NCBI GenBank assembly: GCA_951406725.2
Contig: OX597817.1
Coordinates: 63,860,001-63,924,000, forward strand
DNA: 64,000 nucleotides
Source of the DNA: Octopus vulgaris
Taxonomy: Eukaryota
Direction of reading: 5' to 3'
The position numbers and the translations under genes are program-made. The notes under the pieces were generated by a model that did not search any database, was not told the DNA's origin, and was given only the letters and a program-made list of their open reading frames with translations. Shown piece after piece: positions 43,057 through 56,115 of the stretch; the stretch's first letter is position 1; each line of letters begins with the position of its first letter.

Positions 43057-43060
<4 letters not shown>
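42636..43060. repeat. Two inverted copies of a short Penelope-like repeat carrying a variant hammerhead core (third copy 20150-20310)
   Basis: 42636-42790 (minus) and 42895-43060 (plus) share ctttctgtNgaa.agcrtaggctcgaa(a)cgtraaagactttt and ..taatacayytg(y)ttg..tgtcttygtcttttg. Confidence 0.75.
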
Positions 43061-43098
<38 letters not shown>

Positions 43099-43636
43099 AC
43101 ACAAATTTCCACACGAAAGCACGTGATCTCTGCCCTTGGCATGTAGCTTCAACCGTGTTTTTCTGACGTGAATTTGCTACCCAGGTATCGGTTAACCGAA
43201 TTATCCATACTAAGATAATTCATTCAACTACTTAAATATATATATATATATATATAATATATAATTATGGTACTGGGAAGTACCAGCTTCGCTAGAAATA
43301 GTAGTCAGATGAACTCCGAAGCCACAGGGAGCTCACAAACATGGTGAAAGGCGGGCGGTGAATTAAAATTATAGTTCTTATTTCTACGAAGTTCACAAAA
43401 GGAATGGCAGATAATCTAGTATCGATTTCGGGCTTTGTGCTAAGGAGCACTTGTGCTCCTCGGCTACGTCTACTACAAAAGAAGCTAAATTTAAAGATAT
43501 TCATGCTTGCTCTTCGTTTGAAGGCCTAAGTCACATTCTGAAACGAACTGAGTAATTTATAAATATATAGAGGTGTTACTAGTAAATAATAATATTAGTG
43601 GCCATCCAAAGAATGAACCGTGCAAGCAAGTTTAGG

Positions 43637-43691
<55 letters not shown>

Positions 43692-45886
43692 CGATCTATT
43701 TTGATTCGTTTGTCGAATGTTCGTATCCCAATCATTGGTGTAGTGCAGTGTTCTTATGGGAATTGAAATTATGCTTTGAAATTTAACTTGTTGAAAAGAA
43801 AACTATTATTAATAGCAATGTTAACTACGGTAGTCACATGCTGGAGTTAATTTAATTGCCTAATATCTTCCTTACATAAACTGTAGCTCCCCAGTCTGTT
43901 AAAAATCTTTATTGTTACAGAAAAAGAATGGGGGTTGACAAGTTGTTTGTTATATAGACTGCAGTTGTTTTTGGCGCTGAATTTTGGAGCTGCATGTTAT
44001 TATTGTAAAAGAAATTGCTCTTGAAATCCAATCAACCATTCTAACCAAACTAAGCAATATTCTAACCATTTAGGTGCATTCTTCTGACTACAGCAACGTA
44101 CAGGCAGAATTACATTTTAGAACAAAATATATCCATTTGAATTCTGGTTTATAAATTAGATGCTTCTTGACTATAAAACAAAAAAATATTTCTCGTTCAG
44201 CCCATCCATCTCCTACTTAATTGCTGGCTAAAGGATGGTAGTATAATTTCTCTTGAGTATTTTTTCGCTTTCCAAACTTTAGCTCATTCATAAGCTTTAC
44301 ACAACTTTCGTTGAAACTATCTCTTTAACTAACGTATGCAATTTTTAAAACTGTCTATTTCATTTAACTACTTAGGTTGTTTTTTTTCGAAAGGTTTTTT
44401 TCCTTGGAATTTACAAACGAGAGAAAACAGGTTATTTTTTTATTATAGTTGTAATAAAATTTTACCTATTATTTTATTTTCGAAAGGAAAAACAAAATGA
44501 AATTTATTAACAATGATTAAGATTATATATTAAGGCACCGCGCCAATATATTCTCGGCCAATTTTCCGCAAGTTTTCTAACACCTTATCCTCCCAGTAAG
44601 ATAATTCACTAGGTGTGGGAGTCTGTTTTACAGTTCATGAAGTTACTGAGATAATATTTATCTCTTTGAACGTTACACTGACTTAGTTCATATAAACGAA
44701 TTTACTATGTTGTTGCTTTGCTTGTTTGTTTGTTTGTTTGTTTTGTTTTTTTTTTGTTTTTTTGGAGGAGGTTAGACCTGCAGTATTGCCCAATGCGAGA
44801 AATTTTCCATGACTTTGATGTTGCTTTATGATGTTGTTTTTTTTCACCATTAACTATATGTCTAAGAATAAATATTGATCACGTTGGAGGAATGACAAGA
44901 AATAAATAAAAGTTTTATATTAATGATAAAAGCAAAATAAGTACTAATATTAGGTACAAGGCTACACATGTTGAAGCAATATTGTCGATTATAATCGACC
45001 CCAGACAACTCAGTAGAACTTGAACTCAGCACGTAACAGGACACAACAAAATACCGAAAGAAAGTTTGTCCACCACTCTACCATTTCTACCACCCACCGA
45101 CTGGATTTAAATTCACATTGATTTCTAAGATGGCTATACATACATTTTTGGTGGGGGAGGCGAAGGTATAGTCGGTTAAAATGATTCCGGATACTTTATT
45201 TAATCAATTCCTGAAGAAAAAAAGGGCAAAGACATCCAGTGCCGGGTTTCAACGTAAAATTTAACTAAATGTCAGAAAACATTTTTTTTTTTCAATGTTG
45301 TAACGCTTCGCTATCATGTCCTGATGAAAATAAATATCAATATTAAACATGTTTGTATTCCAAAAAAAAAAATGTAACGAAGATTTAAAAGCAGTTTCTC
45401 ATAAATATATGACAAACTGGTTGGCGTATAACTTGAAGAAATCAACGACGTTTTATGCGAAGGTAGGATAATTCTCGCCATTTTGTTGTTTGTTTCTTTG
45501 TTTGTTTTTGTAGTGGAAAGAATTTAATATGATTTTGGTATTTTTCCTAATTTTAAGTGTAGATATTTTTCCTTACGTGGGAACTGGGTTAGAACGGCTC
45601 ATAACATTATTCAGAGTATTTAACTTGTAGATTTTAGATATTTTTCATAAATGAGAATGTATATTCAGTTTGACATAATCGTTCATTTGGTATGTTATAG
45701 CAGAGATTATAGTTTCCATTGACTTTATCAAATCCCTATTCATATCATTTGCCGATGCATGAAATCATGGCAAATGCCACATCTGCGTGTCATGAGACTC
45801 TTTAGTTTTAGATCATCATTTACTTCTAAATCGCTAGTATAAGTAGTGAATATATGCCGGCTGAAGTCAGATCGAGGCAGAATATT

Positions 45887-46108
45887 TATTTCTTTATTGC
45901 CCGCAGGGGGCTAAACATAGAGAGGGCAAACAAGGGGATTAAGTCGATTACATCGACCCCAGTGTGTAGCTGGTACTTATTTAATCGACCCCGAAAGGAT
46001 GAAAGGCAAAGTCGACCTCGGCGGAATTTGAACTCAGAACGTAACGACAGACGAAATACAGTTAAGCATTTTCGTCCGCCTTCTAACGATTCTGCCAGCT
46101 CGCCGCCC
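45887..46108 (-). mobile_element. SINE family A monomer with TSD
   Basis: TSD tcga(g/t)gcagaatatt at 45872 and 46109. Confidence 0.9.
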
Positions 46109-47092
46109 TCGATGCAGAATATTGCATTATCTGCATCGATAGGAATGTAATGTCGTGAATCCCCTATAAGCTCAATATGCCTGGTATCCCTTCATGACAC
46201 AGGCCACCTCGTGTTGTGCGGGGTATTCGCGTTGATCCTGAGCTGGATATCGAACAACCCATGAAGCTGGAAAATTATATACATCATGGATTTTTAATGG
46301 AAATTTGAAGTTGTAAGAGACACTATAGAAAACAACAATAATTAATATAAAATTATAAACAGCTAATGTAAGTAATATAAGTTACTCGCTTTGAAATAAT
46401 TAATATGCTATTTAGAAAGTTAATTTTACAAAAAAATACTTACTGATGAAGAACATTGGAAGAAAAAAGAACTTAATAGAAATCAGAATGTGATTTGAGC
46501 TAAAGTAAGAAGGAAATGTGACATCGTGTCTGCTTGCATTTCAGTTCGTTCAAGACTTTTCCGTAAGTACTTCCGAACTCTGCTGTTTTTGTAAATTAGT
46601 AATGCCAGTTGTTGCGGCCTCTCATCTTCATCTTCGCCATTGGCCCAGTGGCAGACACAGCACGGATGAACAGTTATTTATATATACAAATAGCCGATGC
46701 ATAAGATGCTCCACAGAAGTTTAAAACGTTGCCTGTCTACCTGATATCCTTGACTGTCTCTCAACTACAAACCATGAATATAGAAAAGCGATGTTATCGG
46801 AAAAGATTCGGGAGAAGAGGTATGAGACAGAGACGGTGTGTGTGTGTGCGTATTAAGTAGTAAAGGTTTGGATGAGTTATGCGGAGCAGTGCTGTGAGAG
46901 TTGATGTCAGAGCCAGCAGAAAGTGGTATGTGTCAAGCGGGGGATGTGTCTTGCACAACAGAAATGTCATGTGATCAGTCGTCGCCTGTCAGAGACGGTG
47001 CTATCAGAGGCACCGAGTGCGGTTGGTAGAAAGGTGTCAGAATATGACAATATTTTTTTATCTATTTATCAATTTATTTATTAAGTTCAAAG

Positions 47093-47144
<52 letters not shown>

Positions 47145-47148
47145 TATT

Positions 47149-47180
<32 letters not shown>

Positions 47181-48467
47181 TGTATGTGTGTATGTATGTA
47201 TACACTTATTTGCAAACTTACACAAACACTACTGCATGCAAACATGAGTGTTCTTGCACGTGATATCAATATAAATTTTCATTAAGAAGCAACACAAGAA
47301 TATCTTTCATACGTTATAGGCTACATGCTAGAAGCTGATCTTGTCCAAGAATCTCAGGTTTGAGTATCGAACGGAATATGTGACTTCATGATTTCAATTT
47401 GCTTTTTTTAATCAACCGTAAAAGATAAATTTAATGGAATTTACAAACTGTCTTATGTTGAATTTATTATTATTTCGGTATTTCCTACGAAAGACCATTA
47501 CACATCCCACTGAAAATTATCTTAAAACATTATAAACTGCTGGCCTTTATTTTATTATTATTTACTGACTTTTGTTACGAACCCTTACATTTTGAGTTCA
47601 AACCCAACTGATATCAACTTTGTCTTTTATCTCACCGGAGTTCTATAAAGTAAAATACTATTAATATCTCAGGTTTCTATATATATTCTTTCCTGTACTG
47701 CATCTTAGGCTTGAATGAAATCATAATAGAAAACCAGCACTTAAACTTGCTTACGTTGTTTGTTGTTTTCATTTGCTCATAAAATAAAGAATACTGTGAA
47801 TAGTTTTCAAATAGAACAGTTCGTCGAGAAATGGAACAAACCATCTCACAGAATACCATCCAATTATAGATGGAATGTGTCAACTTTGATACACGATATT
47901 TCAAAAACACTTGAAAGACTTGTCTGAACACACCGCAGGAATTCTTTAGCACTTTTTTGCCATCAATATTAGTTACCTTCAAAATAGGACTATTTCAAAG
48001 AAAAGCCAATTTAAAAGTATGATGCTAATTATTTTGATTTGTTTCCAAAACATTTTGAGTTTGTTTTATCTAAAAGTTTTCCGCAACTTAAATTAGAAAT
48101 TTAATATGCTCTGAAGTATTAAAATTTTTTTATTTCAGTAATGTAATGTAATTCAATATTAACCATACGTTATTTTGAAGAACACACAACAAAGGTTTAA
48201 TGCTGTTTGTTCACAGATCAAAATATGTTTTCTTCTTTTGTGGGTTGCTGGTGGAGGCGTAAGTTCAAAAATGTCTCAAGTTTGGTTTGTGGCTGGTTAT
48301 GACTTTTCTGACTATGGAAGGTTATGAATACAACAAATCTAAAATCAGGTCATGAACTCAGTAATTATTACTTTTTATCTGTAAACCAAAAACTTAATTC
48401 TACTTGCTTAAATATTCATATCCACATGTTCTCTGATTGATAATGATATACATTTGTGCGTGTGCAT

Positions 48468-48511
<44 letters not shown>

Positions 48512-48906
48512 GTTCGTGCGTAGCTCGCATGTGTGTTTGTATGTGTATGTATTGGTGTGTCCAGTTGTGGATGATATCAAGTGAATAAGATAATTCATAA
48601 ACAACGTTGGCACACACTTATGTGCTAACGGCTAAATAAAATCCGTTGAACCTTTGTTGAGAGCAAAACAGAATTCAACATATTTCACATAAGATGCTGA
48701 AAAACATATATGGCGGACGACGTAAAGGTTATCAACGCTTGTGTTTAACATTAATTCAATTACAACTGAATTGTGGAGCATACGATTCATGACTAATGTC
48801 TAGAGGTGTCATATATTTTGTCGGGTATGGATAAATCACACAATACTTTAGATTACTGTGACGGATAGATATGTAAAAGAATCAGGTAACGGTATTCGTA
48901 TTGTTT

Positions 48907-49138
48907 AAGGCGGCGAGCTGGCAGAAACGTTAGCACGCCGGGCGAAATGCGTAGCCGTATTTCGTCTGCCGTTACGTTCTGAGTTCAAATTCCGCCGAGG
49001 TCGACTTTGCCTTTCATCCTTTCGGGGTCGATTAAATAAGTACCAGTTACGCACTGGGGTCGATATAATCGACTTAATCCGTTTGTCTGTCCTTGTTTGT
49101 CCTCTCTGTGTTTAGCCCCTGAGGGTAGTAAAGAAATA
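48907..49138 (+). mobile_element. Young SINE family A monomer (tail type 1) with perfect 16-bp TSD
   Basis: ggtattcgtattgttt at 48891-48906 and 49139-49154. The body is almost identical to the first unit of the dimers. Confidence 0.93.
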
Positions 49139-49269
49139 GGTATTCGTATTGTTTTTGAAATGGCTAACCTAATTTTCTTATGTAACACGAAACACAAAGT
49201 TTAAGCGACTTTCTTATTGCCGTGTATGCTATCAACTGATTGGTTGTGAATGACTACAATGTTTTGTTT

Positions 49270-49710
49270 TGTTTTTATGAATGAAGTATAATGATGAATG
49301 TGCGAACATCAATTATCAAAAATCTTGTCGGATGAATAGAAGTTCAACTTGTTCCATCTTGCAGGCCGAGTACAGTACACCTGACGTTATACGGGAGAAA
49401 TTTTTCACCCAAAGTGGATTAACTATAGTTAAGAAAATGGCAAAGACAAGATTTGAAGTTGCGTGACTGGAAAAAGGCTGACCCATACATCAGATCAAAA
49501 GCATTATGAACAGTACGGCCTCTATGGAAATATCGAAGAAGGATTATGCTTTCATATATCAAGAGTCATTCCAGCAAGTCGTAGATGTTTCAACATGACA
49601 AAGACCTAATCCATACTGCAGAAATAATCAAGGAATTAATGAAAAGCAAGAAAATCCATGTAGCCAGAACAATACTTGGATTTAAACTCGATGGAAAATT
49701 TATGGAAACG
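49270..49710 (+). mobile_element. Possible Tc1 transposase remnant
   Basis: MFQHDKDLIHTA resembles FQQDNDPKHTA and is preceded by an IMNS-like segment. Heavily decayed. Confidence 0.4.
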
Positions 49711-50150
49711 TTTATAATATAATATAATAGAATAAAAAAAAATCTAGAAAATTAAGCAAAGTGTATGAGTATATAAACCAAAAATTGGGAAGAAATTCTG
49801 GATGACTGTCAAATTTATAGATTAAATATCTCATATGTGTAATTTGATTTTGAGAAATTACAGGTATTTGACCAGGATTAGTAGTGTATGAGTGTATTCT
49901 TTTCGATAGACACATATTTGCGTGGTATTACTGATTCTGTCAAAAACTGCATTAGGCTACTTTAAAATGCTTGTGTTGAAACTTACATCATACGAGTAGA
50001 AAGAATGTATTTTGTTGCGCTTTTAAGATAAAAAAATTCTGTTTCTTTTCATTTATAATTTGAATCGTAGGTGTTTAAATAACCGGAAGCAATTAAAGAT
50101 TGGTCATCACTAAACTTTTGTATATTAAATGACGCATATATATATGTGTG

Positions 50151-50194
<44 letters not shown>

Positions 50195-51370
50195 TGCATA
50201 TATATGTATGCACATATGTTCGTACATATACACATATATATATCTATCATGCGAGTGTCTATATATATATGTATATATAATATACACATATGTACGTGCA
50301 ACTCTATATATATGGTGTAAGTGAAGTGCGCGAGCACTGTGTGTGTGCGCGTGCCAAGTGCGTGCGTGTGCATGTGAATATCAGCATGCCTGTGTGTAGG
50401 CGAATTGAGGTATTTGTACTATCGGTGAAAATATTCCGAATGCTTATCCAAATTCGGCCATTTTACTTGACGGGCTTTCTGATTGGAAAATAAGTACAAA
50501 CGTTAGAATGGCAACATGACGCATTAATATTACATCTCTCTAAGGCAAAAGTGTAAAAAGATGGCGTCAGGTTGTAATACGATATGTACAGTTTAACATG
50601 AATGTTATTTCATTACATAACTCATATTAATAATCTTAAAAATTAAATAAAATAACTAGTTATAAGCTCCAACCAATATGGAAAACAACGAAACTAAAGA
50701 TATATTTGTTTTTCCCCTCGTTAAGCTGTGCCTTTATTTCTAAAGGGCAGTGCAATTTTAATCAGTTATCTCTTTGGGTTAACGAAATCATTTGGGCCAC
50801 CATTTTCTTTACTGGGTCTATTGTTTCGTCATCACTTATCCGTTCGTTAGCTACAACCAAATTCTGTTTGTTTCTTGATATACACATTATTATTAAGAAA
50901 ACTGGTGCAAAGTTTATTTGGTGCTTTGGACATTGACCAAAGCAAAAAAAGAAAAGAAAAAAGTAGTGCAATTAGCAAAACAAAAATAGACCGAGATGCT
51001 GAATCGCTATCTCCCTGCTCAGAGAAATATTTCAACATATGAAAATAGCGATTAATGATAGTGTACTAAAAACTGACTTTTAAATGTTTTCAATTCACTC
51101 ACAAAAGCAATCTATGGTGTTCCAATATGTTAAAATGAGCATTCATTACTATTACAGGGTTGAATAAAATCCTAACATGCATGTATGTATGTATGTATGT
51201 ATGTATGTATGTATGTATGTATGTATGTATGTATGTATGTATGTATGTATGTATGTATGTATGTATGTATGTATGTATGCATGTAATTAAAGAACATATG
51301 AAATTGGTATCAGAAATATATTAAATCAGAATCTAACGGGAAATATAAACACTTAATGGTCTGATGCTTG

Positions 51371-51444
<74 letters not shown>

Positions 51445-51464
51445 TAAATAAATAAATAAATGCG

Positions 51465-51705
51465 CCCTTTTTAAAGCCTACCAGGTTCATGGGCCCAGTT
51501 TCCCGGTTTCAATGACGTATATGTTCCCCAGCTGGAGGGACACCTGTCCCTCGCAGCGATACTCATTTTTGCCAAGTAAATGGACTGGAGCAACGTGAAA
51601 TGAAGTGTTTTGCTCAGAACACAACGCGTCGCCCGGTTCAGGAATCGAAACCACAACCTTACGATTACGATGCTGACACCCTAACCAGTAAGCCATGCAC
51701 CTCCA
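51465..51705 (-). mobile_element. SINE family B, full length, between (TAA)n tracts
   Basis: Head tggaggtgcatggcttactggttagggtgtc..ggtttcgattcctgaaccgggcgacgcgttgtgttc. Confidence 0.85.
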
Positions 51706-51719
51706 CAAAAACAACAACG

Positions 51720-51777
<58 letters not shown>

Positions 51778-51778
<1 letters not shown>

Positions 51779-51918
51779 CCTTTCAGGTATTGACACAAGA
51801 TCTAAAATTTGGGGATAGGGGGCTTGTTGATTACGTTATCCCCAGTGCTCAACTGGTACTTATTTTATCGACTCTGAAATGATAAAAGGCAAATATAACT
51901 TCGGCGGTATTTGAATTA
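51778..51918 (-). mobile_element. SINE family A 3' fragment
   Basis: ccccagtgctcaactggtacttattttatcgac..aaaggcaaa..ttcggcgg. Confidence 0.75.
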
Positions 51919-52851
51919 GTAGTAATAATAATAATTTATAATAATAATAAGTACTAGTTCATAAAATCGGTTTATGTGTTTTGATTTGTGCCTTTTTTAT
52001 CAAACCGCACCTCGGTTCCTGTAAAGAACGAAAGTTAATTCAACCTGGATATGATATGAACCCAGAACAGGATGTACATAAATAACACAAGGTATTTTCG
52101 CGATCCGCTAGTAATTCTGACATCTACTTCTCTATGTGTACAATGGTATGTAGCTTTATATCAATAATAATGATAGTAAGTCCATAGAGTAGTTATATCA
52201 GAAACTGACGCTATGATACTGCTTTGGGTAAATCGCAATACCTACAAGTTTCTATTCTCAATCAAAATTATTTTACTTCCATAGCAAACAAAACATGTAT
52301 TTTATAAATTCTCTTTTCTCTTAAACTTACTTTTCTTTGAACTACAATCTCATATAGAATATTAATATAGTATATTTTGCATGAAACATTTTTGATTTGT
52401 TGTATATATATAAATCCATAAAAAAAAACGAAGAACAAACACAAAAAAACAACAACGCGAGGACGTGGTACATGTAAAGTATTAGCAGACGCTCAGAGAA
52501 AGAAAGAAAGGTAGTTTTACGTTTCGAGCAAAGTTCTTTTTCGGAAACAGAGGAAAGTCCAATAGAAAAGGAAGACGGGGGAAAAATCGCCAACGATTCA
52601 CATGTGGTTACATTTTGAAATATATATATATATATACATTTTAAAATATATGTCTGTGTGTATGTGTGTGCATGTGTGTTCAATTTTTTTATTCTATGAA
52701 ACCAAAATAATGCAAGTTATATGCAATAAAACAAGTCAATGGTTTGTAGTTTTTTTTTATTTCAATGTTTCAGAGTTAGAACCCTTTCCTAAAGAAATCT
52801 CCGGAGAAATGGTAGACAGAGAAGTCAGCTCACAGCACAATTTCTCCGAAG

Positions 52852-52891
52852 ATTTCCTGAGGAAGCGGTCCTAACCCCGAAATATTGAAAT
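52852..52891 (+). ncRNA. Minimal type I hammerhead ribozyme motif (one mismatch in stem II)
   Basis: Stem I AUUUC/GAAAU, CUGAGGA plus A, stem II GCGGU/ACCCC, GAAA, palindromic AAUAUU, AUU triplet ending at 52886. Confidence 0.6.
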
Positions 52892-52979
52892 ACGAGGTAA
52901 GAGTACAAACCATCGACTTGTATTACTTCTTATAGCTTTTCTCTTTATAAAATAACAAAATAAAAGAAACATTTAACGG

Positions 52980-53079
<100 letters not shown>

Positions 53080-54015
53080 CACACATGCATATCAAAAGTC
53101 AGTGAACAGTTCAAGTTTGTATGAGCGAAAACAAAAAACTGTAATCTCGTTAATTCTCAACCACCTTTCCATCACTACCACCTCTTTTTTCATATCTTCT
53201 ATGCTTTGATTTCGCAATTGTATGCAGCCAAGGGTAGAACTGTAAAATATGAACTACATCTAGTAATCGGTTGGATGACAGGTTGACAATAAAGTAGATA
53301 TCGTTTCAATACATGTTCAAAGTAATTCCCAATCTGGCGCCATCTTAAATTTATTGAAAAAGTTGAGAATGTGTTGATGCGTTCGCAAAACGAAACATTT
53401 TCAAATTCGACAATGATTATTTACAAAAAAAAATAGTAATGATGTGTATATTAAATAACTACACACAAAAGGCCGTAGATTGGCAGTATGGTTAGAGCTT
53501 CAGTTAAATGCCATGAGGTTTTCGTTTTGGCTTCTTTATGTTCTGAATTCAAATCCTACCGATGTCTTTCCTTCTCCGGGGTCGATTTAATCGACTACCA
53601 GTCTGTGCCAATATACAGTAAGTAAACTAGTATAGTAATCATAGAGCTTAAATTCCCACCTAAAATGAGGGGCTCTAACGACAGGTAAAGTAACACACCT
53701 CCTGAAACACCTTGTATTTCTACCAGCCCGACATAACATTGACACACACATACTCCCAGAGCGAGGGAGGGGGATAGAGAGAGAGTAAGAGAAAGAGACA
53801 CATTTTCTTAAAAGCGAAACCCATTAAAAGGGACAAGGCAAAAAATACATATAATATATATATATATAAACATGCACGCAGAGACAAATGAATGCATTTG
53901 CAAGTGTATAAATGTGTGTTTCTGAAAAATACATATATAGATAAATGTGTCTGCATGTATGAATATATGTATGAATGCAGGCATGCATGCATGAAATACA
54001 TACATACATACATAC

Positions 54016-54065
<50 letters not shown>

Positions 54066-54973
54066 CAAACATTTACAGATGAATATATACAAATATACAA
54101 CACTGCAAATGGGATTTATGGTGAAGATAAAGATTATTTGTCTTACCAGATTGATGTTGCGAATATCAGTAAGCAGAATTCGCTTATTGGCGGAGTTGTG
54201 TTCGCGTCAAGAATTCTTTAAAAGTGGTCGTTAGCAGGACTGGTACAAATTTGTTTTTGTTTGTTTGTTTGCTTGCTTTGCTTTTTTTTTGTTTTGTAGA
54301 TAATATTGTAAATATGTGTGCATACTATTTATTCCATATCAGCGTGAGTATCCCAACAGAGAAATTAGTTGGTTTGTGTGAATGAGAGAATATGCAAACT
54401 TTTTCCCCTCCACCATCCATCTTTCCTTATATTTTTATTTTATAGACGCCCACAGTTATCTATTCTTTTATTACGTTGTCTTCTTTCCATTTGTTCTTTC
54501 GTTTTCTTTTCTTTTCTTTTCTTTTTTTTTCTCTATTTTGGTTCTCCTTCGTGTTTTCTTTTTTTCTTTTTCTTTTTCTCTCTTCTTTTCCTTACAGCAT
54601 GCACATCCATCGTTTATTTATTTATTTTCTTTGTTGTTTTTTATTTTTCTTTGGCTTTCTTTTGTTTGCTGTTTTTTATTCAGCGCTTATATACGCTCAT
54701 CAATGCAGGGTGAATGCCGAAAAGCAATTATATATCAATGAAGCATTTTTCAAAAACCGACGACGTATAGTTTACTCCACCTGCATTTTTCAGCTGCTAA
54801 AATGCAGTTGATAATAGTTAAGGCATGGTACGGTATGGCATGGACAGAAGTTGCAGTAAGGGTTTTGACGAGGGCGGTGGAGAGGGAGGGAGAGCAAGAA
54901 ATGAAAGATACGAGGACAGCAATCGAGTAGCTGATAAAATCTAGTTACTAATCAACTAAATGCAGAAAGTGTG

Positions 54974-54978
<5 letters not shown>

Positions 54979-55057
<79 letters not shown>
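54979..55057. repeat. (GA)n microsatellite
   Basis: Direct inspection. Confidence 0.97.
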
Positions 55058-55061
<4 letters not shown>

Positions 55062-55335
55062 CCAAGCGACAAATTGACTCAGATAATAAGCTTGTCTGAA
55101 ACGAGACTACATGAATTTAGTTGGAACCTGATATCACTTGTGCACACTCACATATGCTGACACACACGTGCACACATAACACACACATACATACACATAC
55201 AAATATAATTGTGGGGGGTGTATGTGTGTATATACATACATATATATACATATTTATGCGCGCGATGCATGCATATTTACAAGCAATTAAAGACATGCAT
55301 AAATATTTTCATGTACATATATATATATATACACG

Positions 55336-55378
<43 letters not shown>

Positions 55379-55904
55379 ATGCATGCATATATACATAATT
55401 GCAAGACAGGCATCGTATAGCACAATACCAAATTAAATTTGCTGTGTGAACAAGCAAAATTTCGTTCCTTTGTATGGTTTATCTATCACCATGGCCCCTT
55501 GCTGGGCCGCCTAGATTGGTGGTAAAAAGCTGAAAGATCTTTAATTCAGTAGGCCGGAGACCCGGCCCGAATGCTTGCAACATAGTGGGCTCCACTAAAA
55601 GCACAAACGGTCAGAATATGATGTTTAAACTGGGTGACAGATGGACAGGAGCGTGTCTCCAGTAGGCTTTTGCATATCTTTACTCCCAACTGCATAATAT
55701 GAAATCCCTTTAGATCCATTTGCTCTCATTACTATTTCATCTAAAATTTAATTATGTTCCCTGCCAATAGATGTAGAATCCCTTTATACCCCCTAGTTTC
55801 AAGTTTTTATTTTTTTCGTCGAACTTTAGAACTCATCTTGTCAGTCATCTTGTTTCCATGACCGAGATCACAACAGTCTCCCTGAACAAGTCGCCAGTCC
55901 GTTG

Positions 55905-56115
55905 CAAAGCTCAAGGCGAGTAAATTTTGAGAGGAGGGGCGACATGTTGATTACATCGACCTCAGTACTTGACTGGTACTTTATTTTATCTATTACGAAG
56001 GAATAAAAGGCAAAGTTGATTGCAGCAGGATTTGAACTCAGAGCGTAAAAGGCAGGAAAAACGCCACCAAATAATTTTGTTCGACCCTCAAACGATTATA
56101 CCAGCTCGCCACCTT
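55905..56115 (-). mobile_element. SINE family A (decayed)
   Basis: gattacatcgacctcagtacttgactggtactttattttatc..aaggcaaagttg..atttgaactcag..ccagctcgccacctt. Confidence 0.75.

Noticed and set aside
50762-50971. Minus-strand ORF ending ..DPVKKMVAQMISLTQRDN* as a terminal exon
   Set aside because: No homology recognised, weak acceptor and no partner exons.
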